Source: an uncultured Oscillospiraceae bacterium (lineage in GTDB: Bacteria > Bacillota > Clostridia > Christensenellales > CAG-138). Taken from it: 64,000 nt of DNA. Below the pieces are notes generated by a model. It did no database searches. It had not been told where the DNA came from and saw only the letters and a list, made by a program, of their open reading frames with translations. The stretch covers positions 672 to 64,671 of the forward strand of contig CAYPKG010000004.1 of NCBI GenBank assembly GCA_964411275.1. The letters run 5' to 3'. This document shows, piece by piece, positions 17,366 through 28,158 of this stretch; within the stretch, counting starts at the first letter, position 1, and every line of letters begins with the position of its first letter. The position numbers and the translations under genes are program-made.

Positions 17366-17394
17366 ATTATACAATACGGAATTTCGAATGTCAA
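17366..17394 (-). promoter_or_regulatory. consensus sigma-A promoter of tRNA-Trp
   Basis: Minus strand TTGACA (17394-17389), 17-nt spacer, TATAAT (17371-17366). Confidence 0.7.
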
Positions 17395-17410
17395 CGTCGG
17401 AAAATTGTGC

Positions 17411-17439
17411 TTGACAAATGGTTGCTTTGCATGTAGAAT
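17411..17439 (+). promoter_or_regulatory. sigma-A promoter of the Trp T-box leader
   Basis: TTGACA (17411-17416), 17-nt spacer, TAGAAT (17434-17439). Confidence 0.7.
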
Positions 17440-17446
17440 AACAAAT

Positions 17447-17735
17447 AATTTCATAACAAACCGTTGAGCCAGAGTAGTAATCAATGGTGTTGGGTATGCG
17501 AAGAGAGCCGCCGGCGGTGGGAATGCGGCCATACCAGCTTTGACGAATGGACTGGCGAGGGCGGCCCCAATGGCGGAATATGTTTTCCACCCTAGGGGTC
17601 GACGGGGGGCCTTCCCGTTATCATTTGGACACATATGATGGTATGTGCGGAAAAAGCGGACTGTTTTATGCAGTCAAATTGGGTGGCACCGCAGGATTTG
17701 CTCCTGTCCCTTTCATTAGGGACAGGAGCTTTTTA
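17447..17735 (+). promoter_or_regulatory. T-box riboswitch leader, Trp-specific (specifier UGG)
   Basis: AGAGAG stem I box; candidate specifier GAA-UGG-A at 17545-17551. Conserved T-box sequence AAUUGGGUGGCACCGC at 17677-17692. Terminator CTCCTGTCCC/GGGACAGGAG + CTTTTT at 17701-17735, whose 5' arm can alternatively pair with the T-box sequence. Confidence 0.85.
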
Positions 17736-17757
17736 TATTTAAAATTATTTTGGAGGT

Positions 17758-19149
17758 ATGAGGATCATGACGACTAAAATTCCCTATCGAACCTATTTAA
17801 CTGAAGAACAGATGCCCCGCCAGTGGTACAATCTCAGGGCCGACATGAAGCAGCAGCATGACCCCATCATCAGCCCCGCCACATTTCTTCCCATGTCGGT
17901 TGATGATCTGGCGCCGGTGTTCGCAAGGGAGCTGGTGAAGCAGGAGCTCAATCAGACCGACCGGTATATCGATATTCCGAAGCCGGTGTTGGACTATTAC
18001 AAAACCTACCGCCCCTCCCCCCTCATCCGCTGTTATCAGCTGGAAAAGGCGCTAGAGACCCCTGCAAAGATATATTGCAAGTTTGAGGGCAACAACACAT
18101 CCGGCAGCCATAAGCTTAACTCAGCGGTGGCCCAGGTGTATTACGCGAAGACTGAGGGGCTCACCAGCCTGACCACAGAGACCGGCGCGGGACAATGGGG
18201 GACGGCGCTGGCCATGGCTTGCGCGTACTTTGAAATGCCGTTGACTGTGTTTATGGTGAAGATTAGCGCCCAGCAAAAGCCCTATCGAAAGGCCATCATC
18301 GAGACATTTGGCGGAGATGTCGTAGCAAGCCCCAGCAATACAACCGACGTAGGAAGAAAGCTTTTATCGGAAAACCCCGATACAAACGGGAGCCTTGGCT
18401 GCGCAATATCCGAGGCTGTTGAAGTGGCCTTAAAAACCCCGGGCTGCCGATATGTGCTGGGCTCTGTGCTGGATCAGGTTGTGCTGCATCAGTCCATCAT
18501 TGGCCTGGAGGCGAAAACTGCCATGGATCTTCTCGGCGAATACCCGGACATCGTTATCGGCTGCGCGGGCGGCGGGTCTAACCTTGGCGGTATTATGAGC
18601 GCGTACATGGGCGATAAGCTCACAGGCCATGGAAACGCCCGGTTTATCGCGGTAGAGCCCGCGTCCTGCCCCTCGCTGACCAGAGGGAAATACTTGTACG
18701 ACTTCTGCGATACCGGCAAAATCACGCCCATGGCACGGATGTATACCCTGGGAAGCGGCTTTCAGCCCTCCGGCATTCACGCGGGAGGCTTGCGTTATCA
18801 CGGCATGTCGCCTATTTTGAGCAAGCTTTATGACGATGGGTATTTGGAGGCCCGTTCCCTGCCCCAGACCAGCGTATTTGAGGCTGGTGTGGCGTTTTCC
18901 AAGCTGGAAGGCATTCTTCCCGCGCCGGAAAGCGCGCATGCCATCCGGGTTGCCATGGACGAGGCGGTGGCCTGCCGGGAGGCGGGCATCGGCAAGACCA
19001 TATTGTTCAATCTCACGGGAACCGGGTACTTTGATATGAGCGCATATATGAACTATAGCGCAGGAGAAATGGTGGATTACATCCCAAGCGACGAGGAAAT
19101 CGCCGCCGGACTGCGGGAGCTGGAGAGCCTCCCCATCAATCAGAAATAG
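17758..19149 (+). CDS. trpB2: TrpB-like PLP-dependent enzyme (tryptophan synthase beta, TrpB2 class)
   Basis: 463 aa long form with an N-terminal extension. Lysine motif NTSGSHKLN; GGGSN loop. No other trp genes nearby. Confidence 0.85.
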   Translation: MRIMTTKIPYRTYLTEEQMPRQWYNLRADMKQQHDPIISPATFLPMSVDDLAPVFARELVKQELNQTDRYIDIPKPVLDYYKTYRPSPLIRCYQLEKALETPAKIYCKFEGNNTSGSHKLNSAVAQVYYAKTEGLTSLTTETGAGQWGTALAMACAYFEMPLTVFMVKISAQQKPYRKAIIETFGGDVVASPSNTTDVGRKLLSENPDTNGSLGCAISEAVEVALKTPGCRYVLGSVLDQVVLHQSIIGLEAKTAMDLLGEYPDIVIGCAGGGSNLGGIMSAYMGDKLTGHGNARFIAVEPASCPSLTRGKYLYDFCDTGKITPMARMYTLGSGFQPSGIHAGGLRYHGMSPILSKLYDDGYLEARSLPQTSVFEAGVAFSKLEGILPAPESAHAIRVAMDEAVACREAGIGKTILFNLTGTGYFDMSAYMNYSAGEMVDYIPSDEEIAAGLRELESLPINQK

Positions 19150-19163
19150 CGGGGATAAAAACT

Positions 19164-19197
19164 GCCGCGCAAAGGACGAACTTGCCCTTTGCGCGGC
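19164..19197. terminator. bidirectional rho-independent terminator
   Basis: GCCGCGCAAAGG ... CCTTTGCGCGGC stem followed by AATATTTTATGTTT; sits between convergent genes. Confidence 0.75.
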
Positions 19198-19219
19198 AAT
19201 ATTTTATGTTTGCACTGTT

Positions 19220-20167
19220 CTATAAAACAAGCAATGTAACCGCAATGCTAAACGAGCATAGGACAAAATATAAAATCATGCCCACGTTCCTAAACATCAG
19301 CCTGCGCCCTGCCCTCCCCTCAGGAAGCGGATTGCTTCCAGGGAGAAAGATTGCCTGCTTGCGGTAGCGAAAAAATAGGATGGTGCCATATATGGCAATG
19401 GTCAAAATGCACAGCGAATATAGTAAAATTGCCGTATAATGGGATTCAAGCAGCAAGGGCGCCAGCACGCCACCCTGGAGGTTGATGGTCATGTGCAGCA
19501 GGATTGGATACAGGATATTCCTGGTGCGCATGTAGACATAGGCGAATAGGAAGCCCACGAAATACGCGTAGAAAAACTGAAACATGTTTCCGTGAAACAG
19601 CGCAAACAAAAGCCCGCTTAGCATAGCCGCCCTGCGTTCGCCATACTTGTGCAGCCGGTCAACAAGCAGCTTGCGAAAAAACAATTCCTCAAACACAGGG
19701 GCAATGACCACAAAGGCGATTACACGTGGCCAGAAGTCCAGCACATTTCCGACGAGATCAATCAGGGGGTCCTCCACAACGCCGCCCTTTAAAAATCCGA
19801 TCAGCACGGAAATGGCGTTGCCTATCAGATTGCCCGCAAACATGAGCGCAAAGGAAATCAGGAGGATGATTAAAAATTGTTTTGTACTGAGCTCCTCCCC
19901 TTCCCACTCGTCTTCGGGAATCTTTTTCAACAACAGCGCCGCAAGCGGCAGGCCGATGAGATAGATCGGAACGTCATTGTACAAAAGGAAAAGCCAGCTA
20001 TTTTGCATATAATCCGGATTGCTGATCGAAAGTATCATCACGATGATTTGTCCCATTACCATGGCAACCAAGAGAAAAACAAAGCAGGACAGGCCAATGC
20101 GTGAAAACGTCCTTTTGTCCTCCCGGTGGTTCCGCATCGGCGGCTGTATATATGAAAATTCTTCCAT
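19220..20167 (-). CDS. CPBP family intramembrane glutamic endopeptidase (CAAX protease-like)
   Basis: Multi-pass membrane protein with EELFFR and FALFH motifs. Confidence 0.8.
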   Translation of the reverse strand: MEEFSYIQPPMRNHREDKRTFSRIGLSCFVFLLVAMVMGQIIVMILSISNPDYMQNSWLFLLYNDVPIYLIGLPLAALLLKKIPEDEWEGEELSTKQFLIILLISFALMFAGNLIGNAISVLIGFLKGGVVEDPLIDLVGNVLDFWPRVIAFVVIAPVFEELFFRKLLVDRLHKYGERRAAMLSGLLFALFHGNMFQFFYAYFVGFLFAYVYMRTRNILYPILLHMTINLQGGVLAPLLLESHYTAILLYSLCILTIAIYGTILFFRYRKQAIFLPGSNPLPEGRAGRRLMFRNVGMILYFVLCSFSIAVTLLVL

Positions 20168-20247
20168 GCAGGCCTCCTTTATTGTTTACCGTTTTAGAAT
20201 ACCAAATATTGAGGGTGGACGCAAGGTTCGCCCCTGAGTGGCCATTT

Positions 20248-20274
20248 AAAAAAACGGATGACTTTCGCCATCCG
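20248..20274 (-). terminator. rho-independent terminator after clpX
   Basis: Minus strand CGGATG-gcgaaagt-CATCCG followed by TTTTTTT. Confidence 0.7.
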
Positions 20275-20302
20275 CTTTTCTTCTTTTCGTCTCTCGTTTT
20301 CC

Positions 20303-21568
<1,266 letters not shown>

Positions 21569-21605
21569 TCCGATTACCTCCGCCCGAATTCATTCGGTAC
21601 TCTTA

Positions 21606-22190
21606 TTATCTCCTTGGCGGGATGATCTCATCGATCAACCCATAGTTTTTCGCCTGTTCGGCGCTCATGAAATTGTCGCGTTCTGTATCCGCCGCTACCT
21701 TTTCCAGGGGCTGGCCTGTACGCTCGGACAAAATCCTGTTGAGGGTATTCTTCGTCTGCTGTATCCGGTCAGCCTGGATGATGATGTCCGTGACCTGGCC
21801 CCGGGCACCGCCGCTAGGCTGATGGATCATGATTTCCGCGTTGGGAAGCGCCTTTCTTTTGCCCTTGGCGCCCGCCGCCAGCAAAAACGCGCCCATCGAT
21901 GCGGCCATGCCAATGCAGATGGTGGATACATCGCACTTGATGTACTGCATCGTATCATATATGGCCATACCGGCCGTGACAGAGCCGCCGGGGCTGTTGA
22001 TGTAAAGGCTGATATCCTTATCCGGATCGTCCGCCTCTAAAAACAGCATCTGCGCGACAATGAGATTGGCCTCGCCATCCGTGACCTCGCCACCTAAAAA
22101 CACAATACGATCCTTTAGCAACCGGGAATAAATGTCATAGGAACGTTCACCACGATTAGTCTGTTCAACGACCATGGGTATTAAGCTCAT
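21606..22190 (-). CDS. clpP: ATP-dependent Clp protease proteolytic subunit
   Basis: 194 aa, with the GMAASMGA active-site Ser region and the IMIHQP His motif. Confidence 0.95.
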   Translation of the reverse strand: MSLIPMVVEQTNRGERSYDIYSRLLKDRIVFLGGEVTDGEANLIVAQMLFLEADDPDKDISLYINSPGGSVTAGMAIYDTMQYIKCDVSTICIGMAASMGAFLLAAGAKGKRKALPNAEIMIHQPSGGARGQVTDIIIQADRIQQTKNTLNRILSERTGQPLEKVAADTERDNFMSAEQAKNYGLIDEIIPPRR

Positions 22191-22231
22191 GGATTTTATT
22201 CCTCCTTATTAGTAATATGCGATGAAGCCCC

Positions 22232-23566
22232 TTAGGCTTCCTCCGGCGCGGCATTTTGTTCAACCGCTGCCGGTTCTTCCGGTGCGTCGACGAGAACGAC
22301 ATTGTCCATAACGATCTTTATTGTCTTCTCCATAACCGCCCGGCTCCGGAAATACTCGATGTCTTCTTCGGTGAGATTAGGCCGGATTTTATCCAGTTCC
22401 AAGCCGTTATTTCCGACATACTGGACGATTTCAGCCTCAACCGCATCTTCGTCGGGCTCAATATTTTCCGCTTTTCCGATGGCCTCCAACACCAGCTGCA
22501 AGCGGACGCGATTTTCGCTTTCATCCCGGAAACTCTCCCGCATCTTCTGCATATCGCTGCCGGTGTACATGCAGTAGTCCTCAAGGGACAGGCCCGACAT
22601 GGACAGCCGGTAGGAAAGGTCCTGAATGGCATAATCCGTCTGCCGGTCGATCATGACGGCGGGTACGTCGATCGTGGCGTTGTTCATGACCTTTTCAAGG
22701 GCCTCGTTCTCCATTTCGTTCTTTGCGCGCTGCTCATTGCGCTTCATAAGCTGTTCGCGCTTGTCCGCACGCAGAGCATCCATGGTATCGAACTCGGAAA
22801 TGTCCTGCACAAAATCGTCGTCCAGCTCAGGCAATTCTTTCACCTGAATGCTTTTGATGGTGACCGTGAAGACCGCATCCTTGCCCGAAAGCTCGGGCGC
22901 GTGGTATTCATCGGGGAATTTCACATTGATGTCTTTGGTCTCCCCTGCGTTCATACCCACAAGCTGTTCTTCAAACCCGGGAATGAACGAATTGGAACCG
23001 ATGTTCAGCGCCTGATCCTCTGCAGTTCCACCGTCAAATTTTACGCCATCCACTGCGCCGGAGTAGTCTAGGACAACCCGGTCGCCATCTTCTACTGGAC
23101 GCTCCTGCTCGAGATAACGCGCGGCCTTTTCTTGCTCCTCTAATATCAATTTATTAACTTCCGCATCTTCCACAGTATACGCCCGGCGCACTACTTCTAT
23201 ACCCTTGTATTGGCCCAATGAAACCTCAGGCTTTAACGTTACTTCGGCGGTAAATACCAGATCCTCGCTTGCACCGATGGAAGCAATCGAAACATCGGGC
23301 TGGTCAACCGGAATAAGCTCGTTTTCCTCGATGGCCTTGTCATAGGCATCGCCATATACAAATTCAAACGCGTCTTCATAGAACACGCCTTCGCCATACA
23401 TATTCTCAATCACTTTGCGGGGTGCCTTCCCCTTACGAAAACCGGGCACGTTGTAGAGCTTTGCATTTTTGATATAACTCTTTTGCATTGCCTGCGCGAA
23501 TGTGTCTTTGTCCACCGTAATCGTTAATTTCGCCTTGTTGTTCCCGAGTTTTTCTACCGTAGCCAT
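22232..23566 (-). CDS. tig: trigger factor
   Basis: PGFRKGKAP ribosome-binding motif; FKBP-type PPIase middle domain; tig-clpP-clpX order. Confidence 0.95.
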   Translation of the reverse strand: MATVEKLGNNKAKLTITVDKDTFAQAMQKSYIKNAKLYNVPGFRKGKAPRKVIENMYGEGVFYEDAFEFVYGDAYDKAIEENELIPVDQPDVSIASIGASEDLVFTAEVTLKPEVSLGQYKGIEVVRRAYTVEDAEVNKLILEEQEKAARYLEQERPVEDGDRVVLDYSGAVDGVKFDGGTAEDQALNIGSNSFIPGFEEQLVGMNAGETKDINVKFPDEYHAPELSGKDAVFTVTIKSIQVKELPELDDDFVQDISEFDTMDALRADKREQLMKRNEQRAKNEMENEALEKVMNNATIDVPAVMIDRQTDYAIQDLSYRLSMSGLSLEDYCMYTGSDMQKMRESFRDESENRVRLQLVLEAIGKAENIEPDEDAVEAEIVQYVGNNGLELDKIRPNLTEEDIEYFRSRAVMEKTIKIVMDNVVLVDAPEEPAAVEQNAAPEEA

Positions 23567-23738
23567 CCTCGTCCTCCATACTTTTCGTTTGGTTCTTAAA
23601 TTTTTGCGCCATTAAAAGACGCATAAAACGTCAGTATCCGAATTATATTAGCATAAATATAAATTAATTGCAAGGAACGTGATCAATTGTTCGCACAAAA
23701 CCTGTAATTTCCTCTAAATTCGATGAAATCATCGCACT

Positions 23739-23766
23739 TTGCTTCAGGATCGCACTGTGATATACT
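23739..23766 (+). promoter_or_regulatory. candidate extended -10 promoter
   Basis: TTGCTT, 16-nt spacer, TGaTATACT, ending about 30 nt before the ATG at 23796. Confidence 0.45.
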
Positions 23767-23795
23767 CATTCTATATGGTGGCTGGAGGTATGCTT

Positions 23796-25052
23796 ATGAA
23801 TTTTCTGGAAGCAATCCGCACACACGCTCTGCTGTTTGACGGCGCAACGGGTACCATGCTCAAAGAAAACGGGTTGCTAAAACCCGGCGATTGTCCGGAG
23901 CTTTTCAATGTCACAAGGCCTATGGATATCCTCGATCTGCATTTAGAATACCTGTCCGCAGGCGCGGACGTTATCACTGCCAACACATTCGGCGCAAACC
24001 CTTTTCGGCTTTCCACATATGGCCTTGCGCCGCGCATGGATGAAATCGTGGAAAGCGCCATCGCGCTGGCCAAGGAGGCCGTTTCTGCGATAAGCCGCCC
24101 GGCTTATGTGGCCGCGTCCATGGGGCCCACAGGACTTTTAACCGCCGCCGATCCGCGCACAGGGAGGGAAATTTACGACGGTTATTACGCGTTTTGCGTT
24201 TGCGCCGCCGCCCAGGGAGCGGATGTGCTGCTGATTGAAACAATCAGCGACCTTGCGGAGGGACGCCTGGCGCTGATGGCCGCCAGGGCTGCCTGCAATC
24301 TGCCTGTCCTCATAAGCTTCACCCTGGAACCCGACGACAACACATTTGCCGGCAATCCCCCGGAGGTGCTGGCCTACTGTAGCGCCAAGCTTGGCGCCGC
24401 CATGACCGGCGTAAACTGCGGGCTGGGCCCCAAGGAGCTGTTCGACGGGTTTTCCCGGCTTGCAGCGGTGAGCCCAATGCCGGTTTTCGCCATGCCCAAT
24501 GCGGGCATGCCGGACGATACGGGCAATTTCTCCCTCTCCCCCGATGCCCTTGCAGCAGCGCTGGAGCCGTATCTCTTGGGCGGCGCACAGGCCATTGGCG
24601 GATGCTGCGGTACGATGCCCGGGCATATCGCCGCATTGCGGCCGCTTGTTGACCGGCATCAGGGTTGTGCCCGCGCGCGGGTATTGCACGAGGAATACAT
24701 TTGTTCCGCATTGATGCGGCTTCCCCTTTGTGTTGTTGACGATGTTCAAAAGGCCCTTCTTTTGGATGGGATGAGTGCGGAAGAAGCGAGAGCATGTATT
24801 ATATCTGCGGCCAAGGATGGCGTTGCGCTGGAATTGGACTTTGGCGCCCTCTCCCCTGTCGCCGTCCGGGATCTGCTGTGGGGCGTGTTGCCGGATATCA
24901 AAAAGACGCCGTTGATATTCGGGTTGCACTCGGCGGAGCAGGCAAAGGCCGCGCTCATGCAATACCCAGGAATTGCCGCTGTGCATGCCATGTCGGACAC
25001 GTATCAGGTATTGAAAATCGCTAACCGGTTTGGGGCACAGGTGCTGGTGTAA
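23796..25052 (+). CDS. homocysteine S-methyltransferase domain protein with a short pterin-binding-like C-terminal extension
   Basis: Hcy-binding domain (FDGATGTML, ITANTFGAN, zinc motif GGCCGT) followed by about 130 aa. Start set to the ATG at 23796 (GGAGG 8 nt upstream). Confidence 0.7.
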   Translation: MNFLEAIRTHALLFDGATGTMLKENGLLKPGDCPELFNVTRPMDILDLHLEYLSAGADVITANTFGANPFRLSTYGLAPRMDEIVESAIALAKEAVSAISRPAYVAASMGPTGLLTAADPRTGREIYDGYYAFCVCAAAQGADVLLIETISDLAEGRLALMAARAACNLPVLISFTLEPDDNTFAGNPPEVLAYCSAKLGAAMTGVNCGLGPKELFDGFSRLAAVSPMPVFAMPNAGMPDDTGNFSLSPDALAAALEPYLLGGAQAIGGCCGTMPGHIAALRPLVDRHQGCARARVLHEEYICSALMRLPLCVVDDVQKALLLDGMSAEEARACIISAAKDGVALELDFGALSPVAVRDLLWGVLPDIKKTPLIFGLHSAEQAKAALMQYPGIAAVHAMSDTYQVLKIANRFGAQVLV

Positions 25053-25107
25053 AAGTGACCCTCAAAAAAACGCAAGCTGCGCAGCAGCGGCGGTTTTTTA
25101 ACAAGCA

Positions 25108-25134
25108 GGCGCCCGGCGAAATCCGCCGGGCGCC
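25108..25134. terminator. rho-independent terminator between convergent genes
   Basis: GGCGCCCGGCG-aaat-CCGCCGGGCGCC followed by TTTCAATTTTCTATTTTTT. Confidence 0.8.
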
Positions 25135-25151
25135 TTTCAATTTTCTATTTT

Positions 25152-27791
25152 TTACCCGAGATCCAGTTGCCGCTGGCGCAGTTTTTCGCTCATATCCTTC
25201 GCCTGAAGGAGCTTCCTGCGCTCCTCCTCCACAATGCTTGCGGGGGCCTTGGCAACAAATCCGGCATTGTTGAGCTTACCCTCAGCTCGCTTGATCTCCC
25301 CTTCCATCCGGGCGAGCTCCTTGGCAACCCGATCCCGCTCCTTTTCCACGTCCACCAGCTGCTCCAGTGGAATAAAGGCTTCCGCGCTGGAAATTACGAT
25401 GGAGACGGCGTTTTTCGGGATGCCTACCTTATCGCTTTGTAAAACAACGCTTTGCACGCCCGCCAGCCGGTCCATATACGCGGCAGCGCTCTTAAGGGTT
25501 TTTTCAATCTCCGGCTTTGCCACGAGTATGAGGTCAACCCGCTTTGCCGGGGGCACATTCATCTCCGCGCGGATGTTGCGGATGGCGCGGATGAGCTCCA
25601 TCAGCGCGTCCATGTCCGCCGCGTCCTTCGCGAACTCCATGGCGGGGTCGGGAGTGGGCCAGTCTGCGCGCATGATTGTTTCCCCGCTGCCGGGGAGGTT
25701 CAGATACAGCTCTTCCGTAATAAACGGCATGAAGGGATGCAGCAGCTTAAGCGATGTGGACAGCACCTTTACCAGGATCGCCCGTACGTGAGCCTTTGCA
25801 CCCTCGTCCGCGCCATACAGGCGGGGCTTGGCCATCTCGATATACCAGTCGCACAGCTCATTCCAGATATAATCGTATACCTTCTGTGCCGCCAGCCCCA
25901 GCTCGAACCCGTCAATGTTAGCCGTAACCTCGCCAATCACCTCGTTCAGTCTGTGCAAAATCCACTTGTCCGCCACGTCCAGGCGGCTGACATCGATATC
26001 GCCAGCCCGCTCATCCCCCAGGTTCATCATCACAAACCGGGCGGCATTGTAGATCTTGTTGCAGAAATTACGCGCCGCTTCCACCTTTTCCCAATAGAAA
26101 CGCATGTCGTTTCCAGCGGAGTTGCCCGCGAGCAGGCTAAAGCGCAAGGAGTCCGCGCCGTGTTTTTCGATCACATCCAGGGGGTCGATGCCGTTGCCCA
26201 AAGACTTGGACATTTTCCGGCCCAGGCTGTCTCGAACAATGCCGTGGACATACACCGTGTCAAAGGGCCGCTTACCCTGGACGCTCAGGCCGAACACGAT
26301 CATCCGGGCCACCCAGAAGAATATGATGTCGTAGCCGGTGACCAAGGTGGATGTGGGATAGAAATAATCCAGAAGCCTGTTGTCATCCGGATAGCCCAGC
26401 GTGGAGAATGGCCACATGCCGGAAGAGAACCATGTATCCAATACATCCTCATCCTGCCTTAGTTTTCCGCCGCAATGGGGGCAAAGCATACCTTCAGGCG
26501 CGGTAGGCTGCACGGTGGTCTTTGCGCAGCTGTCGCAATAATATGCGGGAATGCGGTGTCCCCACCACAGCTGGCGGGAGATGCACCAGTCTCGGATGTT
26601 CTCCATCCAATTGAAATAGGTCTTGTCAAAGCGCTGGGGCATGAACTTGATATCCCCGCTTTTCACCGCCTCGATTGCGGGAATGGCCAAAGGCTTCATG
26701 CTTACGAACCACTGCTTGGACACGATGGTTTCCACCGTGGTGTGGCAGCGATAGCAGGTGCCCACATTGTGCTTGTACGCTTCCACCCGCACCAGGTTTC
26801 CCGCCTTCTCGATGTCCGCAACGAGGTTTTTGCGGCATTCGTAGCGCTCCTGCCCCACATATGCGCCGCCAAGCTCGTTGATATACCCGTCGTCCGTAAA
26901 CACCCGGAGGATGTCCAGGCCGTTTCTCTGGCCCACCTCGAAGTCGTTGGGGTCGTGGGCGGGGGTGATTTTCACAGCGCCTGTGCCAAAGTCCATCTCC
27001 ACATAAGTGTCTGCCACGATGGGGATTTCCCGGCCTATTACGGGAATGACCACGGTCTTGCCCACGACGGCTTTGTACCGCTCGTCATCGGGGTGCACGG
27101 CGATGGCCGTGTCGCCCAATATTGTTTCCGGGCGGGTGGTGGCGATTGCGATGGAAAATGACTTGTCCGGCGCGTCATAGCGCACATGCCAGAGGTGGCT
27201 GTCCTGCTCCTCGTATTCCACCTCCGCGTCGGACAGGGCGGTTTTGCACTCCGGGCACCAGTTGATTATTCTGTCGCCCTGGTAGATCAATCCCTTATCG
27301 TAAAGCTCGCAGAACACTTTGATGACGGCATGGTTGCAGCCCTCGTCCATTGTAAAGCGTTCCTTTTCCCAGTCGCAGGAAGAGCCCAGCTTTTTTAGCT
27401 GCTGCACGATACGGCCGCCGTAAATGCGCCGCCACTCCCAGGCGCGATCCAAAAACGCGTCGCGGCCGATATCCTGTTTGTAAAGGCCCTCGGTGGCCAT
27501 CTGCTCCACAATTTTGACCTCTGTTGCAATGGAGGCATGATCCGTGCCGGGCAGCCAAAGGGTTTCAAACCCGCTCATGCGCTTATAGCGGATCAGCACG
27601 TCCTGTAGGGTGTTGTCCAGCGCGTGGCCCATGTGCAACTGTCCCGTAATGTTTGGCGGCGGGATCACGATGCAATATGGGGGCTTGTCCGGGTTGGGCT
27701 CCGCGCGAAAATACCCGTTTTGCTCCCATCTTTCATACAGGCGGGTTTCCACCGCGCTGTGGTCGTAGGTCTTATTCATTTCAGTAGCCAT
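25152..27791 (-). CDS. valS: valine--tRNA ligase
   Basis: HIGH-type motif (LHMGHAL), KMSKS, and a C-terminal coiled coil. True start is the ATG at 27791 (AAGGAGG RBS). The 70 codons upstream in the ORF track are the T-box leader. Confidence 0.95.
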   Translation of the reverse strand: MATEMNKTYDHSAVETRLYERWEQNGYFRAEPNPDKPPYCIVIPPPNITGQLHMGHALDNTLQDVLIRYKRMSGFETLWLPGTDHASIATEVKIVEQMATEGLYKQDIGRDAFLDRAWEWRRIYGGRIVQQLKKLGSSCDWEKERFTMDEGCNHAVIKVFCELYDKGLIYQGDRIINWCPECKTALSDAEVEYEEQDSHLWHVRYDAPDKSFSIAIATTRPETILGDTAIAVHPDDERYKAVVGKTVVIPVIGREIPIVADTYVEMDFGTGAVKITPAHDPNDFEVGQRNGLDILRVFTDDGYINELGGAYVGQERYECRKNLVADIEKAGNLVRVEAYKHNVGTCYRCHTTVETIVSKQWFVSMKPLAIPAIEAVKSGDIKFMPQRFDKTYFNWMENIRDWCISRQLWWGHRIPAYYCDSCAKTTVQPTAPEGMLCPHCGGKLRQDEDVLDTWFSSGMWPFSTLGYPDDNRLLDYFYPTSTLVTGYDIIFFWVARMIVFGLSVQGKRPFDTVYVHGIVRDSLGRKMSKSLGNGIDPLDVIEKHGADSLRFSLLAGNSAGNDMRFYWEKVEAARNFCNKIYNAARFVMMNLGDERAGDIDVSRLDVADKWILHRLNEVIGEVTANIDGFELGLAAQKVYDYIWNELCDWYIEMAKPRLYGADEGAKAHVRAILVKVLSTSLKLLHPFMPFITEELYLNLPGSGETIMRADWPTPDPAMEFAKDAADMDALMELIRAIRNIRAEMNVPPAKRVDLILVAKPEIEKTLKSAAAYMDRLAGVQSVVLQSDKVGIPKNAVSIVISSAEAFIPLEQLVDVEKERDRVAKELARMEGEIKRAEGKLNNAGFVAKAPASIVEEERRKLLQAKDMSEKLRQRQLDLG

Positions 27792-27861
27792 ATGATCCTC
27801 CTTATCGCCAATCAAAAACTCGTTAAAGCGCCAGCAACCAAGCAGCAGCACTTTATGGAAA

Positions 27862-28110
27862 CAAAAAAATAGCTCCGTCCTCAAAGGACGAGCTATGCCC
27901 GCGGTACCACCCTTGTTGCGCGAAACGGTTTCGCGCCTCTCAATGCCGCCGTAACGTGGCGGGGACGTGGACACTACTGTATTCGCCACCCAATGCTCCA
28001 AAGCGACATTCCGTTTTCTTGTGCCAGCGGTTTTTTCAGCCGGTGAAACCGCCTCTCTGCTGCAAAAGTGGAAACGTACTCCTCTTCATCATCGCGCCAA
28101 ATATCCAATT
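27862..28110 (-). promoter_or_regulatory. T-box riboswitch leader, Val-specific (candidate specifier GUC)
   Basis: Minus strand GCGAUGAUGAAGAGGAGUA stem I base; AGAGAG box; GUC at 28007-28005. T-box sequence CAAGGGUGGUACCGCG at 27916-27901. Terminator AGCTCGTCC/GGACGGAGCT + TATTTTTTT at 27895-27862. Confidence 0.85.
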
Positions 28111-28117
28111 ATCACAC

Positions 28118-28146
28118 AGTATACCGCCTGCCTTGCGGCCTGTCAA
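28118..28146 (-). promoter_or_regulatory. consensus sigma-A promoter of the valS T-box leader
   Basis: Minus strand TTGACA (28146-28141), 17-nt spacer, TATACT (28123-28118). Confidence 0.7.
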
Positions 28147-28158
28147 GGGAACAAATAC

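Noticed and set aside
23567-23795. SAM or cobalamin riboswitch upstream of the homocysteine methyltransferase-like gene.
   Set aside because: The 230-bp region is AT-rich promoter DNA shared with tig. No conserved riboswitch core sequences and no terminator stem were seen.
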